The notes under the pieces were generated by a model. The model was not told the origin of the DNA and did not search any database. It saw only the letters and a program-made list of their open reading frames with translations. This document shows, piece by piece, positions 53,490-63,954 of a stretch of DNA of 64,000 nt (the stretch's first letter is position 1; the number at the start of each line of letters is the position of its first letter). This DNA comes from Sphingobacterium sp. GTDB taxonomy: Bacteria > Bacteroidota > Bacteroidia > Sphingobacteriales > Sphingobacteriaceae. The DNA lies in assembly GCA_045629405.1 (NCBI GenBank), contig JAZQRD010000118.1, forward strand, positions 158 to 64,157. Direction: 5' to 3'. The position numbers were made by a program, and so were the translations under genes.

Positions 53490-53512
53490 TAAAAAACACT
53501 AATTTAATTAGC

Positions 53513-56500
53513 TTACCAACCTGGTGCAAAATTCAAACCGAAAGTTCCGAATTTAGATCTCGTCTTTTGGAATGGAATAGCATAATACGGCTCTAAGATC
53601 ATAGCGCCAAATAAATTAATGCGAAGTGATACACCACCACTTAGTACTGGCACGCGTACATTTGGATCATATGAAGTGATCAATTGACCGCCTGTATTCT
53701 GAACTATTAAATCCTCATCTCCTTTTGACCATTTAATAGTATTTCCAGAACTCCATGCCATACCTGCATCAATGAAAAAGTTCAAATCTGAAAACAGAAG
53801 TCCAGACTTAACTAGTGCCAATTTTTCTGGACCAGTAAACGGAATACGAACTTCGAGGTTGGCTATAGCCATCTTAGAACCCATCAAATCTGAAAAAGAT
53901 ATTTTGCCAGAACTATCAAAATTACCACTTTCATAACCTCTAATCAAGTAAGGATACCCTATGTATAAAGGATATAATGCACCTTCATCTTTACCTGTAC
54001 GCATATATGAATATAATCGACCCGCTATCGTTACAGGTTTAAAACGACTGTATTTCCTAACATCTAGATTTAGCGCTGTAAAATTGTAGTCACCAAAATA
54101 TTGTTCAGCTCCGATTCTATATCGAAAACCTTGCAATGGTGCGGCTATTCCAAATACTGCATTATCACCAACGAATCCCGCATTCACTTGTTGTATTACG
54201 AAAGGTTCTAGTGTACCAAATCCCAATTGTGATGCTTCTTCATTCGATATGTTTTGTCTATCGCCGTATCCATACAAATAACTTTGTCTCCACTTATCCA
54301 CGCGATAGCTATAGCGAGATACTGCAGCCCCAGCTTCGACACGATGATTTTTATTGAAAGGAAATGCCACAAAACCTTCAGCTTGTGTCTGGAACGTACG
54401 AATGACATAAGTATTTAATGACAATTCATTGCCATTTCCAAAATTCTCCATTTCATAACTATTAAATCCAGACATATAAGGAATATGTGATATTGCCCCA
54501 CCCCAGTTGATGCGACTGCGCTGATTGATATAAGCTACTTGTCCACCAAAATCATATATTTCACCATTAATATTTAATGCCGCAAAAATTTGATTATAGC
54601 CTAAGATATCCGAGAACATACCTTGTACACCGCTAGAAATACCTGCACCATAGCGTGAACCTACCGACATACCCACCCCAGAGTTAGCTAGATAATCAAG
54701 TTTAAACTTAGGTGTATAAGGAATATTTGTTATTTGGTGATCTCCAATACGGTCGTAAACGTTAAAATTACGAAGATTAGTGTTAACAACATTCACGCCA
54801 CGACTAATAAATGGAGGCAAATTCGCAGCTGTAAAATCCACATGCCCAGCATCTACAACTATTGGTTCAAACTCCGAAACTTTTGCTTTATATATATGAT
54901 ATTTATTCTTTTTAAAATAAGAATATACTATTTCGTCGGTGTCAGAAATACTCATAGCAGGAGAATACTCTGTGATCCCCGAAATACCGGTAAAATAGTC
55001 TGTCAGACGCTCGACAGTAGCAGATGCTATCAAGTAGCGATACATGTTACGAAATCCATCACTATTCGACAAGAAATAAATTTCTCTGTCATTAGATGCG
55101 AAGTGAGGATTAAGATTGTTAGCTCCAGGAAAAATAGGCAAATTCTCAATGGATCCAGTTTCAACATCAAGCAAGGCTAGATTCATCGGGATATCTACAG
55201 ACTTATAGTCACTTGTCAACGCTACACGATCAGTACTAAAAACAATGTATTTCCCATTTTTAGAAAAACTTGGCTGGTAATCCGAATAAACATCGTCCGT
55301 CAGTTGTCGCAATGATTTGGTTTCTAAATTATACATATAGATATCCGAGTGTCCATTTTTCAGTCCCGAAAAAGCAACATGCTTGCCGTCTGGTGCCCAA
55401 GTTATATTAGCAAACTCTACTATATCTCCCATAGCCTCGACGTGCAAGGTACGGCCAGTTTCTAGATCGATAGTCATCAACTTATTTTTACCTTCTGCAA
55501 AAACTGAGAAAGCAAACTTCTTACTATCTGGCGAGAAAGAACCCGCTGACTCCAGAAAACTGAATTCATCAATATCTTTATTCGTCAATTTACTTCCTAA
55601 TTTTCGAATGGTATTTCCCGTTTTAGCATCTGCCAAATAGAGATCTATTGCAAATAAATCCTTTTCCGAAAGGAAGACAATGTATTTACCGTCTGGCGAA
55701 ATAGTTGGCGACACATTCATATTACCTGCGTTGGTATTATTTATAATATTTACACCAATGGGCTTTGACACTGTATCTTTACCAAAACTGCGATAAGTTT
55801 GCTCCATGCTATTTTTCCAAAGCGTCGACATAGTCTGGGCATCATAACCAAACACACGACGCATAGCTACATCATAACCATATTTGGCTGTTTCGATAAA
55901 CAGGGGCATAATGACCGTATCTCCATATGTAGAGCCTACATAGGACCAGAATGCCTGTCCGTATCTGTATGGAAAATAATTGTAAGATTGCTCAGTAAGC
56001 TGTTTTAATGAAGGAATATCGTTATTTGCGTATGCATCTCGCATCCACATTGCCGTAAATGCATCCTTCTTACCTATAGAAAAATATTCAGCCATACCCT
56101 CGATCATCCATAATGGGATGTTGCCAATATTTTCAAGACGAGTAGAATCATTACCTTCCATCAAGACGCGGTATTGAAAAGCGTGTACCAACTCGTGACC
56201 TAACACATGTCGAGTCTGTTGGTTGATCTGCATGATAGGCATTACCACACGCTGCTTGAAAGCTTCTGTAACACCACCCGTACCGACGCCAATTTGACCG
56301 GATATTGTAGTTGTTTGTTGGAATTCAGGGTGATTATTGTAAAATATAATTGGGTTTTTTCGAGCAAAAGTATCTTGGAATACTTGCTGATGAAGTTCAT
56401 ACCACACTTCAGATTCCTTAGCGAGCCATTTCATCATGGACTCATTGTCAAGGTAATGGTAGAGGTTAAAATGCGGTGTATCGTAGACTTTAAAATTGAG

Positions 56501-56620
56501 CTTCTTATACCTCATCTTGTTCTGACCGAAATATTGGGCCCCTGCATCAGGGGCTAGACAGAACAAAAGGCATAGAGCAAAAAGAAATTTCCCGATGTAG
56601 CGCGCTACTCCTTTCTTCAT
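53513..56620 (-). CDS. Zn-peptidase-like + PD40/TolB propeller + Omp85-like barrel protein
   Basis: HELVH...WMIEGMAEY; SPDGK/SPDSK/APDGK repeats; IRGY and FFIDAG Omp85 motifs; terminal W. Confidence 0.8.
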   Translation of the reverse strand: MKKGVARYIGKFLFALCLLFCLAPDAGAQYFGQNKMRYKKLNFKVYDTPHFNLYHYLDNESMMKWLAKESEVWYELHQQVFQDTFARKNPIIFYNNHPEFQQTTTISGQIGVGTGGVTEAFKQRVVMPIMQINQQTRHVLGHELVHAFQYRVLMEGNDSTRLENIGNIPLWMIEGMAEYFSIGKKDAFTAMWMRDAYANNDIPSLKQLTEQSYNYFPYRYGQAFWSYVGSTYGDTVIMPLFIETAKYGYDVAMRRVFGYDAQTMSTLWKNSMEQTYRSFGKDTVSKPIGVNIINNTNAGNMNVSPTISPDGKYIVFLSEKDLFAIDLYLADAKTGNTIRKLGSKLTNKDIDEFSFLESAGSFSPDSKKFAFSVFAEGKNKLMTIDLETGRTLHVEAMGDIVEFANITWAPDGKHVAFSGLKNGHSDIYMYNLETKSLRQLTDDVYSDYQPSFSKNGKYIVFSTDRVALTSDYKSVDIPMNLALLDVETGSIENLPIFPGANNLNPHFASNDREIYFLSNSDGFRNMYRYLIASATVERLTDYFTGISGITEYSPAMSISDTDEIVYSYFKKNKYHIYKAKVSEFEPIVVDAGHVDFTAANLPPFISRGVNVVNTNLRNFNVYDRIGDHQITNIPYTPKFKLDYLANSGVGMSVGSRYGAGISSGVQGMFSDILGYNQIFAALNINGEIYDFGGQVAYINQRSRINWGGAISHIPYMSGFNSYEMENFGNGNELSLNTYVIRTFQTQAEGFVAFPFNKNHRVEAGAAVSRYSYRVDKWRQSYLYGYGDRQNISNEEASQLGFGTLEPFVIQQVNAGFVGDNAVFGIAAPLQGFRYRIGAEQYFGDYNFTALNLDVRKYSRFKPVTIAGRLYSYMRTGKDEGALYPLYIGYPYLIRGYESGNFDSSGKISFSDLMGSKMAIANLEVRIPFTGPEKLALVKSGLLFSDLNFFIDAGMAWSSGNTIKWSKGDEDLIVQNTGGQLITSYDPNVRVPVLSGGVSLRINLFGAMILEPYYAIPFQKTRSKFGTFGLNFAPGW

Positions 56621-56641
56621 AATCGTTTTTAATTTTAATAA

Positions 56642-59011
56642 TTACGGTATATAAATTCTAATTGTTTCTGGATTAGTATTGGTTGTATTATTCTGATTTA
56701 ATTCCTCATTCGTATTCTCGATAGCTTCAATATTTTCTATTTCTGAGCCATCGATATTTAATTCTTCATTTAGCGTACTGTCCTGTGTAGGCGTTTCCAA
56801 ATATCGTACTGGTGCACATTTATAAGATTTTGTAATTGGCACTTTAGCCTCTGGAAATTTACCAAATGTGCAACCTAACTCTGGTTTTTTGTATATTTCT
56901 TCCATGAATTTTCCAAATATTGGAAGCGCTGTACGTGACGCTTCTCCTGTTTGCGAATTCTTGAAATGAATGCTTCTATCATCACAACCTACCCACACAC
57001 CAGTCACCAGATCTTTCGTAACACCCATATACCAAGCATCTACATAATCAGATGATGTACCAGTCTTTCCTCCTATTTCGTTTTCATTCTTAAATAAGTC
57101 CCATTCCCACAAAGCTTGTGATGTACCACCTGATTCTTCAATAGTTCCTTTCAACATATGTGTCATTAGCCACGCATTTTCAGGATTGATTACTTGCTTC
57201 GATTCAGATTTAAAATTAGCAATTACTTCTCCTTCTTGATTCACTATACGCGAGACAAGTATGGGATCTACACGTTTACCTTCGTTCATAAGAGTACTGT
57301 ACGCACGAACCATTTCTAAGACAGATACATCACTAGGCCCTAAGCCGATTGATGGTACAGCCTGAAGTTTGCTATCTATACCAGCTTTATGCGCTATCTC
57401 CACTACCTTGTCAGCGCCAACTAATTCTGTTACTTGTGCAGTCACAGTATTCAGTGATCTTGCCATAGCATGACGCAAAGACATTTCACGATAAGAAACC
57501 GACCAATCTGCATTTTTCGGCTCCCATACATCCGGTTGACCATCTTCATTTATTACAGGTATACGAACAGGTTTATCTGTCATCATATCACAAGGCGACA
57601 TGCCAGATTCTAATGCAGCTAAATAGGCGAAAGGCTTAAACGTTGATCCAGCTTGACGTTTAGCTTGATTTACATGATCAAATTTATAATGCTGATGATT
57701 AATACCACCTACCCAAACTTTGATTTCCCCATTGTATGGATTCATCGCCATCATACCAGTATTCAACATCATGACATAGTGTTTCAAACTATCCATGGTA
57801 GAATAATTCACTTTTTCATCGCCATCCCAAGTGAATACTTCCATTTCTTTTTTTACAGCTAAAGCTGCAAAAACTGAATCTTCCTGATTGTTGAATTTCT
57901 TCATCAAACTTGAATAAGCTGGCAATTTTCGAGCTAGATTTTCTAAAAATTCAGGTAACACATTCCCTTCTTGATCTCTCCATGGTTCTTCACTACCCCA
58001 TGAATTAGAAAGTCTCTTTTGAAGCTCTTTCATGTTTTCAGCTACAACCTCCTCTGCAATTTTTTGCATACGCGAATCTATAGTCGTATAGATTTTTAAT
58101 CCTGCTTTGTGAATATCAATTTCATTATCTTGACTCCATTTGTCTAACCATCTCTCTACCGCCGAACGTATGTAAGAGTCATTCGCATCTGCATTCTCTT
58201 GATATGATAAATCCAATTTCAATGAATCGGCAGCGAAATCAGCGACTTCCCCTTCCGTCAAATAACCTGCCTTATTCATCTGCGATAATACAACATTGCG
58301 ACGTTGAATAGCATTTTTGGGATTGCGTGTTGGATTATAAATGGTTGTTCCTTTCAGCATGCCCACTAGCAAGGCACTTTCATTAATTGATAATTGTGAA
58401 GGAAGTTTGTTAAAATAGCGTTGAGAGGCAGATTTAATACCATACGCATTATTACTGAATGAAACTGTATTCAGATACATGGTGATGATCTCATTTTTTG
58501 AATATTTGCTCTCTAGCTTGTAGGCGGTCATCCATTCTTTGTATTTATTAATTAAAATACTGACTCCGGGAATTCGACCAAGATATCCTTGAGATTGATT
58601 ATATCTCGTCTTAAAAAGATTCTTTGCTAATTGCTGTGTGATTGTACTCGCACCTCTTGGATCACCCTTAAGTGTTGAAGCAACTCCCGATACTAAACCA
58701 AGAAAGTCAATTCCATTATGTTTGTAAAAGCGAATATCTTCCGTAGCGATCAATGCATGAATCACATTTGCTGAGATACTATCGTAAGCTACAGGATCAC
58801 GATCTTCATCAAAATAACGACCGATCAATACGGAATCGGCAGTATATAGTTCAGAGGCAACATTAAGCTTAGGTAATACAATGTCCTTTTGTGTTGGCGA
58901 ATAGCCAAAAAGTCCAAAAAGGTTAATTTGAATGGCACAGGTAATGAAAATGACCGCATAAATTGCAATCAACAGGTATCTCAAAAATCGATTTTTAACG
59001 CGCTTAAACAT
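56642..59011 (-). CDS. Penicillin-binding protein 1A (class A)
   Basis: EDIRF and GASTITQQLAKN (transglycosylase); STFK, SLN and KTG (transpeptidase). Confidence 0.95.
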   Translation of the reverse strand: MFKRVKNRFLRYLLIAIYAVIFITCAIQINLFGLFGYSPTQKDIVLPKLNVASELYTADSVLIGRYFDEDRDPVAYDSISANVIHALIATEDIRFYKHNGIDFLGLVSGVASTLKGDPRGASTITQQLAKNLFKTRYNQSQGYLGRIPGVSILINKYKEWMTAYKLESKYSKNEIITMYLNTVSFSNNAYGIKSASQRYFNKLPSQLSINESALLVGMLKGTTIYNPTRNPKNAIQRRNVVLSQMNKAGYLTEGEVADFAADSLKLDLSYQENADANDSYIRSAVERWLDKWSQDNEIDIHKAGLKIYTTIDSRMQKIAEEVVAENMKELQKRLSNSWGSEEPWRDQEGNVLPEFLENLARKLPAYSSLMKKFNNQEDSVFAALAVKKEMEVFTWDGDEKVNYSTMDSLKHYVMMLNTGMMAMNPYNGEIKVWVGGINHQHYKFDHVNQAKRQAGSTFKPFAYLAALESGMSPCDMMTDKPVRIPVINEDGQPDVWEPKNADWSVSYREMSLRHAMARSLNTVTAQVTELVGADKVVEIAHKAGIDSKLQAVPSIGLGPSDVSVLEMVRAYSTLMNEGKRVDPILVSRIVNQEGEVIANFKSESKQVINPENAWLMTHMLKGTIEESGGTSQALWEWDLFKNENEIGGKTGTSSDYVDAWYMGVTKDLVTGVWVGCDDRSIHFKNSQTGEASRTALPIFGKFMEEIYKKPELGCTFGKFPEAKVPITKSYKCAPVRYLETPTQDSTLNEELNIDGSEIENIEAIENTNEELNQNNTTNTNPETIRIYIP

Positions 59012-59238
59012 ATGGTAAATATGAGTAAAAAGTGCGGAAAGTTAGTCTTAAAATTTCATTTTGCTTTCCTGAACTATAAAATTAACGAATTTTAACAAAT
59101 CACGATAAATATTTGACCTTAACGTACATAAAATACTGCCTTCATTACCAATAACAATTCTATTCACAAACAAGTTTTGTTATAATTATTAAATTCCATT
59201 TAAATGCTTATTTTTACGATAAGTAATTAACTTAAAAT

Positions 59239-60699
59239 ATGCTTAAACAAACTTTACAGCAGAAATTATTACAGAAACTATCGCCTCAACAGATACAGTT
59301 TATCAAACTGTTGCAGGTACCTACTGCTTCATTAGATACACGTATCAAGGAAGAATTGGAAGAAAACCCTGCACTTGAAGATGGTAGTTTAGCAAATATG
59401 AACGAACCTCTTGAAGAGTATCCGGATCGTGATCCTGATGACTATGATCAAAAAGAAGATAGCTTTGATGAGGAATTTTCTGTAGAGGAATACATACAAG
59501 AAGATGATTTCAAAGACTACGGATCTAACTATAATGGGGATGACGAAGATGAGAATAAGGAAATGCCAATCGCAATCCAAGATTCATTCTTTGAAAAACT
59601 TCAAAATCAGCTTGACTTATTAGCTTTAAGTGACAAGAAGTATCTAATTGGCAATCAGATTATTGGAAGCCTAGATGATGATGGATATTTGAGACGACCT
59701 ATTCTATCGCTTATAGATGACTTAGCGTTCTCTCAGAATGTCATTTCGGATGAAACTGAAGTAGAAGAAATGCTAGCCGTAATTCAAGAATTTGAACCTG
59801 CTGGTATTGGTGCACGTGATCTGCAAGAGTGTTTGTTAATACAACTACGCAAAAAAGATCAGCAAAATCCAATAGTTATCAAGGCTACGCAAGTCGTGAA
59901 GAGCTATCTTGATGAGTTTACAAAAAAACATTACGATAAAATTGAGCGCCAACTAGGCGTTTCAAGCGAAGAACTTAAAGAAATTATCAATGAAATATTG
60001 AAGTTGAATCCCAAACCAGGAGATTCGGCTGCGGTATCTGGTAAAATGCTACAGGTTATACCAGATTTTCACATTATTAACAATGATGGTGTATTACATC
60101 TTACGTTAAATGGTCGCAATGCACCTGAACTTCGCGTATCGCGCTCTTACCAAGAAATGTTTGAGCATTATGAGAAGGCAGAAAAAAACGACAAAAAAAT
60201 GAAAGAAGCTGTCCAATTTGTTAAGCAAAAATTGGATTCGGCTAAATGGTTCATCGATGCCATCAAGCAGCGTCAACAAACATTGCTGAAAACTATGAAT
60301 GCCATTATGAAGTTTCAATATGACTATTTCCTTACTGGAGACGATCGCATGTTGAAACCCATGATTTTGAAAGATATCGCAGAAGAAATCGATATGGATA
60401 TTTCGACAGTCTCACGTGTGGCAAATTCAAAATATGTACAGACAGAATTTGGAACATTCTTATTAAAGTCTTTCTTCTCCGAAGCCATTCAAACAGACTC
60501 TGGTGAAGAAGTATCAAATAAAGAGGTTAAAAAAATTCTTGAAGAGTGTATCGCTAATGAAGATAAGCGCAAACCTCTTGCAGATGAAAAGCTTACAGAT
60601 ATATTAAAAGAAAAAGGATATACCATTGCTCGTAGAACTGTAGCTAAGTATCGAGAAGCATTGAATATTCCGGTAGCAAGACTTCGTAAAGAATTATAA
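59239..60699 (+). CDS. rpoN: RNA polymerase sigma-54
   Basis: Q-rich region I; DISTVSR; RpoN box ARRTVAKYRE. Confidence 0.98.
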   Translation: MLKQTLQQKLLQKLSPQQIQFIKLLQVPTASLDTRIKEELEENPALEDGSLANMNEPLEEYPDRDPDDYDQKEDSFDEEFSVEEYIQEDDFKDYGSNYNGDDEDENKEMPIAIQDSFFEKLQNQLDLLALSDKKYLIGNQIIGSLDDDGYLRRPILSLIDDLAFSQNVISDETEVEEMLAVIQEFEPAGIGARDLQECLLIQLRKKDQQNPIVIKATQVVKSYLDEFTKKHYDKIERQLGVSSEELKEIINEILKLNPKPGDSAAVSGKMLQVIPDFHIINNDGVLHLTLNGRNAPELRVSRSYQEMFEHYEKAEKNDKKMKEAVQFVKQKLDSAKWFIDAIKQRQQTLLKTMNAIMKFQYDYFLTGDDRMLKPMILKDIAEEIDMDISTVSRVANSKYVQTEFGTFLLKSFFSEAIQTDSGEEVSNKEVKKILEECIANEDKRKPLADEKLTDILKEKGYTIARRTVAKYREALNIPVARLRKEL

Positions 60700-60702
60700 A
60701 AT

Positions 60703-60737
60703 AAAAAACCACCTTTGATTACAAGGTGGTTTTTTTT
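60703..60737. terminator. Bidirectional terminator
   Basis: AAAAAACCACCTT...AAGGTGGTTTTTTT. Confidence 0.85.
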
Positions 60738-60741
60738 ATTA

Positions 60742-61311
60742 CTATTTCTTTTTATCCTTTTTCTCAGACTTTTCTTTCTTGTCCTTCTTTTCAGACTTTT
60801 CTTTCTTATCCTTCTTTTTAGACTTTTCTTTCTTATCCTTCTTCTCAGATTTTTCTTTCTTGTCCTTCTTCTCAGATTTTTCTTTCTTGTCCTTCTTTTC
60901 AGACTTTTCTTTCTTGTCCTTCTTTTCAGACTTTTCTTTCTTGTCCTTCTTTTCAAACTTTTCTTTCTTGTCCTTCTTCTCAGACTTTTCTTTCTTATCC
61001 TTCTGAATCACCTTCTCATCCACTAGAATTTCATTTATTGGAGATTCGACCAAGTGATCCTTTTCTAGTAAACTAATTTTACTTATCTGAATTGATTCTA
61101 ACAATTGTAATTGCTCTTCTAATAGATTATTATTTATTGCTTTAACTTTTTGATCCTTAAGCTTAGATTTATCTTTTTTATCTTCCGACTTTGTACTCTT
61201 AACATCTATTGTAGAGGAAGATTTTTCGATATCCTTTTCTACAGGAGTCAATTTACTGATCGTTTGTTTATAGCCTTTATGTCGCGAATGTTTTGATATG
61301 TTTTTATTCAT
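60742..61311 (-). CDS. Lys/Glu-rich low-complexity hypothetical protein
   Basis: ORF extends about 100 codons beyond the repeat; differences between repeat units are mostly synonymous in this frame; start uncertain. Confidence 0.65.
   Translation of the reverse strand: MNKNISKHSRHKGYKQTISKLTPVEKDIEKSSSTIDVKSTKSEDKKDKSKLKDQKVKAINNNLLEEQLQLLESIQISKISLLEKDHLVESPINEILVDEKVIQKDKKEKSEKKDKKEKFEKKDKKEKSEKKDKKEKSEKKDKKEKSEKKDKKEKSEKKDKKEKSKKKDKKEKSEKKDKKEKSEKKDKKK
60745..61002 (-). repeat. 27-bp tandem repeat, 9 units plus a partial unit (KDKKEKSEK)
   Basis: 258 nt = 9 x 27 + 15. Confidence 0.97.
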
Positions 61312-61442
61312 GATGATAGTCGTTTTATTTGCTTTTAAGTTAGTCAAATTATTCGATTAATTTGAAGAAATATGATGTTTTATTAGCATACAAATCCATT
61401 TGAATTATAGATTCACATAAAAATATTTATTAGTTTTACCAC

Positions 61443-63473
61443 ATGAGTATATTGACATCAACATTCGAGACTGTGCATGATACTGCGCCATTTTCGCAGA
61501 TAAAAAATGAAGATTATTTACCTGCGTTTGAAAATGCTATATCGGAAGCTAAATTAGAGATTCAAGCAATTACAGATAATCAAGAAGCAGCAACCTTCGA
61601 AAATACAATAGAAGCATTAGCATATTCAGGCATGAGATTGGATCGTATATCTTCTATTTTCTTTAATCTACATGCTGCTGAAACTAATGATGAATTGGAA
61701 ACAATTGCCCAACAAATAGCTCCGCAATTGGCCGCATTTGGCAACGATATCACTTTAAATTTTGATTTATTTAAACGTGTTCAACAAGTTTATAACCAAA
61801 AAGATAAACTTGGTTTAGATGAAGAACAATTGACCTTGTTGAATAAAAGCTATAAAGACTTCGTAAGAAATGGAGCATTACTCAATGAAACTGATAAAGC
61901 AACACTTCGAGAGATAGATGCCGAACTATCTGTTTTGAAATTGAAGTTTGGAGAACATGTATTAGCAGAGACCAATAATTATCAATTGCATATCACGCAA
62001 GAGCATGAATTGGCTGGTCTACCAGAAGGTGCTATAGAAGCTGCGAAAGATCTAGCTACATCATTGGAAAAGGATGGTTGGATCTTTACTTTAGACTACC
62101 CTAGCTACATTCCATTTGTGACCTATGCAGATAATCGCGATATACGTAAGGAATTGGTGATTGCGGCTGGACGTAAAGCATTCCAAGATAATGAATTTAA
62201 CAACGAGAAAATTGTACTCCGTATAGCTCAACTCAGACATGAACGCGCACAATTACTAGGCTATTCTACACATGCAGATTTTGTACTTGAAGAGCGCATG
62301 GCGCAGTCACCTTCTAAAGTAAAATCGTTTTTGGAGGACTTATTAACTAAAGCTAAACCAGCTGCACAAGCTGAATTTGCAGAATTGTCTGATTTTGCTA
62401 AGAATTTACACAATATAGAACAGCTAGAAAAATGGGATGGTTCTTATTATGCTGAAAAACTAAAACAACAGAAGTTCAATCTAGATGATGAGCAACTAAA
62501 ACCATACTTCCAGTTAGAAAATGTATTGGAAGGTGCTTTTCAGATAGCCAATCGATTATTCGATTTGCGCTTTGTGGAGGTACACAACATTGACAAATAT
62601 CACGAGGAAGTACAAACCTTTGAAGTATTGGGAACGAATAATGAGCTAGTTGCTGTATTTTACACCGATTTCTTTCCACGCAAAGGAAAACGAAACGGCG
62701 CATGGATGACTTCTTTCAAATCACAATATCGTAAGAATGGCATAAATGAAAGACCACACGTGAGTATTGTGTGCAATTTTACTAAACCAACAGCTACTAG
62801 ACCATCGCTACTTACTTTTCAAGAGGTTACTACCTTATTTCATGAATTCGGGCATGCCTTACACGGTATGTTGGCTGATACCACCTATCCAAATTTATCA
62901 GGAACCTCGGTTTATTGGGATTTTGTAGAATTACCATCACAAGTAATGGAAAACTGGTGTTATGAAGAAGAAGCTCTGATGCTATTCGCTAAACACTACG
63001 AAACAGGAGAAACAATTCCAATGGAGATGATCGCAAAAATTAAAGAATCTGCATCATTTCAAGAAGGAATGGCTACGCTGCGTCAGTTGAGTTTTGGTCT
63101 ATTGGATATGGGATGGCATGCTCATGATCCGAAAACTATCGCAGATATTAAAAGTTTCGAAAATGAGCAATTTTCATCGACTTCGCTGTATCCAGACGTT
63201 AAAGAAAATGCGATGAGTACATCATTCTCACACATATTCAATGGTGGATATTCTTCTGGCTATTATAGCTATAAATGGGCTGAAGTATTGGATGCAGATG
63301 TATTTGAATATTTCAAAGAAAATGGCATTTTCAATAAAGAGATCGCCAATAAATTTAAAGAACATATTCTTTCTAAAGGTGGCACAACACATCCAATGAC
63401 ATTGTACAAGCGTTTTAGAGGTCAAGAGCCGCAGGTAGAACCATTATTAAGAAGAGCAGGTTTATTAAAATAA
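61443..63473 (+). CDS. dcp: M3 family peptidase (peptidyl-dipeptidase Dcp)
   Basis: GAWM, FHEFGHALH, DFVELPSQ and GYYSYKWAEVLDAD motifs. Confidence 0.92.
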   Translation: MSILTSTFETVHDTAPFSQIKNEDYLPAFENAISEAKLEIQAITDNQEAATFENTIEALAYSGMRLDRISSIFFNLHAAETNDELETIAQQIAPQLAAFGNDITLNFDLFKRVQQVYNQKDKLGLDEEQLTLLNKSYKDFVRNGALLNETDKATLREIDAELSVLKLKFGEHVLAETNNYQLHITQEHELAGLPEGAIEAAKDLATSLEKDGWIFTLDYPSYIPFVTYADNRDIRKELVIAAGRKAFQDNEFNNEKIVLRIAQLRHERAQLLGYSTHADFVLEERMAQSPSKVKSFLEDLLTKAKPAAQAEFAELSDFAKNLHNIEQLEKWDGSYYAEKLKQQKFNLDDEQLKPYFQLENVLEGAFQIANRLFDLRFVEVHNIDKYHEEVQTFEVLGTNNELVAVFYTDFFPRKGKRNGAWMTSFKSQYRKNGINERPHVSIVCNFTKPTATRPSLLTFQEVTTLFHEFGHALHGMLADTTYPNLSGTSVYWDFVELPSQVMENWCYEEEALMLFAKHYETGETIPMEMIAKIKESASFQEGMATLRQLSFGLLDMGWHAHDPKTIADIKSFENEQFSSTSLYPDVKENAMSTSFSHIFNGGYSSGYYSYKWAEVLDADVFEYFKENGIFNKEIANKFKEHILSKGGTTHPMTLYKRFRGQEPQVEPLLRRAGLLK

Positions 63474-63478
63474 TTAAC

Positions 63479-63509
63479 TACTGCTCAGTTCATTGTAGAC
63501 TGAGCAGTA
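63479..63509 (+). terminator. Hairpin after dcp
   Basis: TACTGCTCAGT-N9-ACTGAGCAGTA. Confidence 0.7.
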
Positions 63510-63586
63510 TTATATTGGCTATAAAGGATTATTAACTTTCAATAATTAAAATTTTTATGTAATTTTGCGTTACTACATACATAACT

Positions 63587-63954
63587 GGGGTCGACCGGAA
63601 TTGACAGGATAGCGATGGTTATGTAAGCATGCAGTGCGTTGTTAGTAGAGCACTCTAATCTGAACTTTCAGAATTATAACTGGCGAAGAAAACTACGCCT
63701 TAGCTGCTTAAGTTAGACTTAACATAGCTATTTGTCCCGTTAGATCCTGTTCTTTGGTTTAACATATGGGGCATCGAACAATAGAACTGGTCACTGTGAT
63801 TTTGCTAAGCAGTGATGAGATCCAGCAAATACGGAGAACGGTATAGGTTAGCAACTCACCTTCCCTCTCTCGACAATTAAAGAGAAGCTAAGCATGTAGA
63901 AAGCGTAAATCATACTATGTTTGGACGAGGGTTCGAATCCCTCCGACTCCACAA
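63587..63954 (+). ncRNA. ssrA: tmRNA
   Basis: 5' GGGGTCG pairs with 3' CGACTCC (G3-U); T-arm GAGGG-TTCGAAT-CCCTC; tag ORF GEENYALAA* at 63682-63711; TAATTTTG promoter at 63560-63567. Confidence 0.97.

Noticed and set aside
60489-61026. Three extra open frames over the 27-bp repeat, and possible CRISPR-like periodicity
   Set aside because: A stop-free tandem repeat opens several frames; there are no unique spacers and no cas genes
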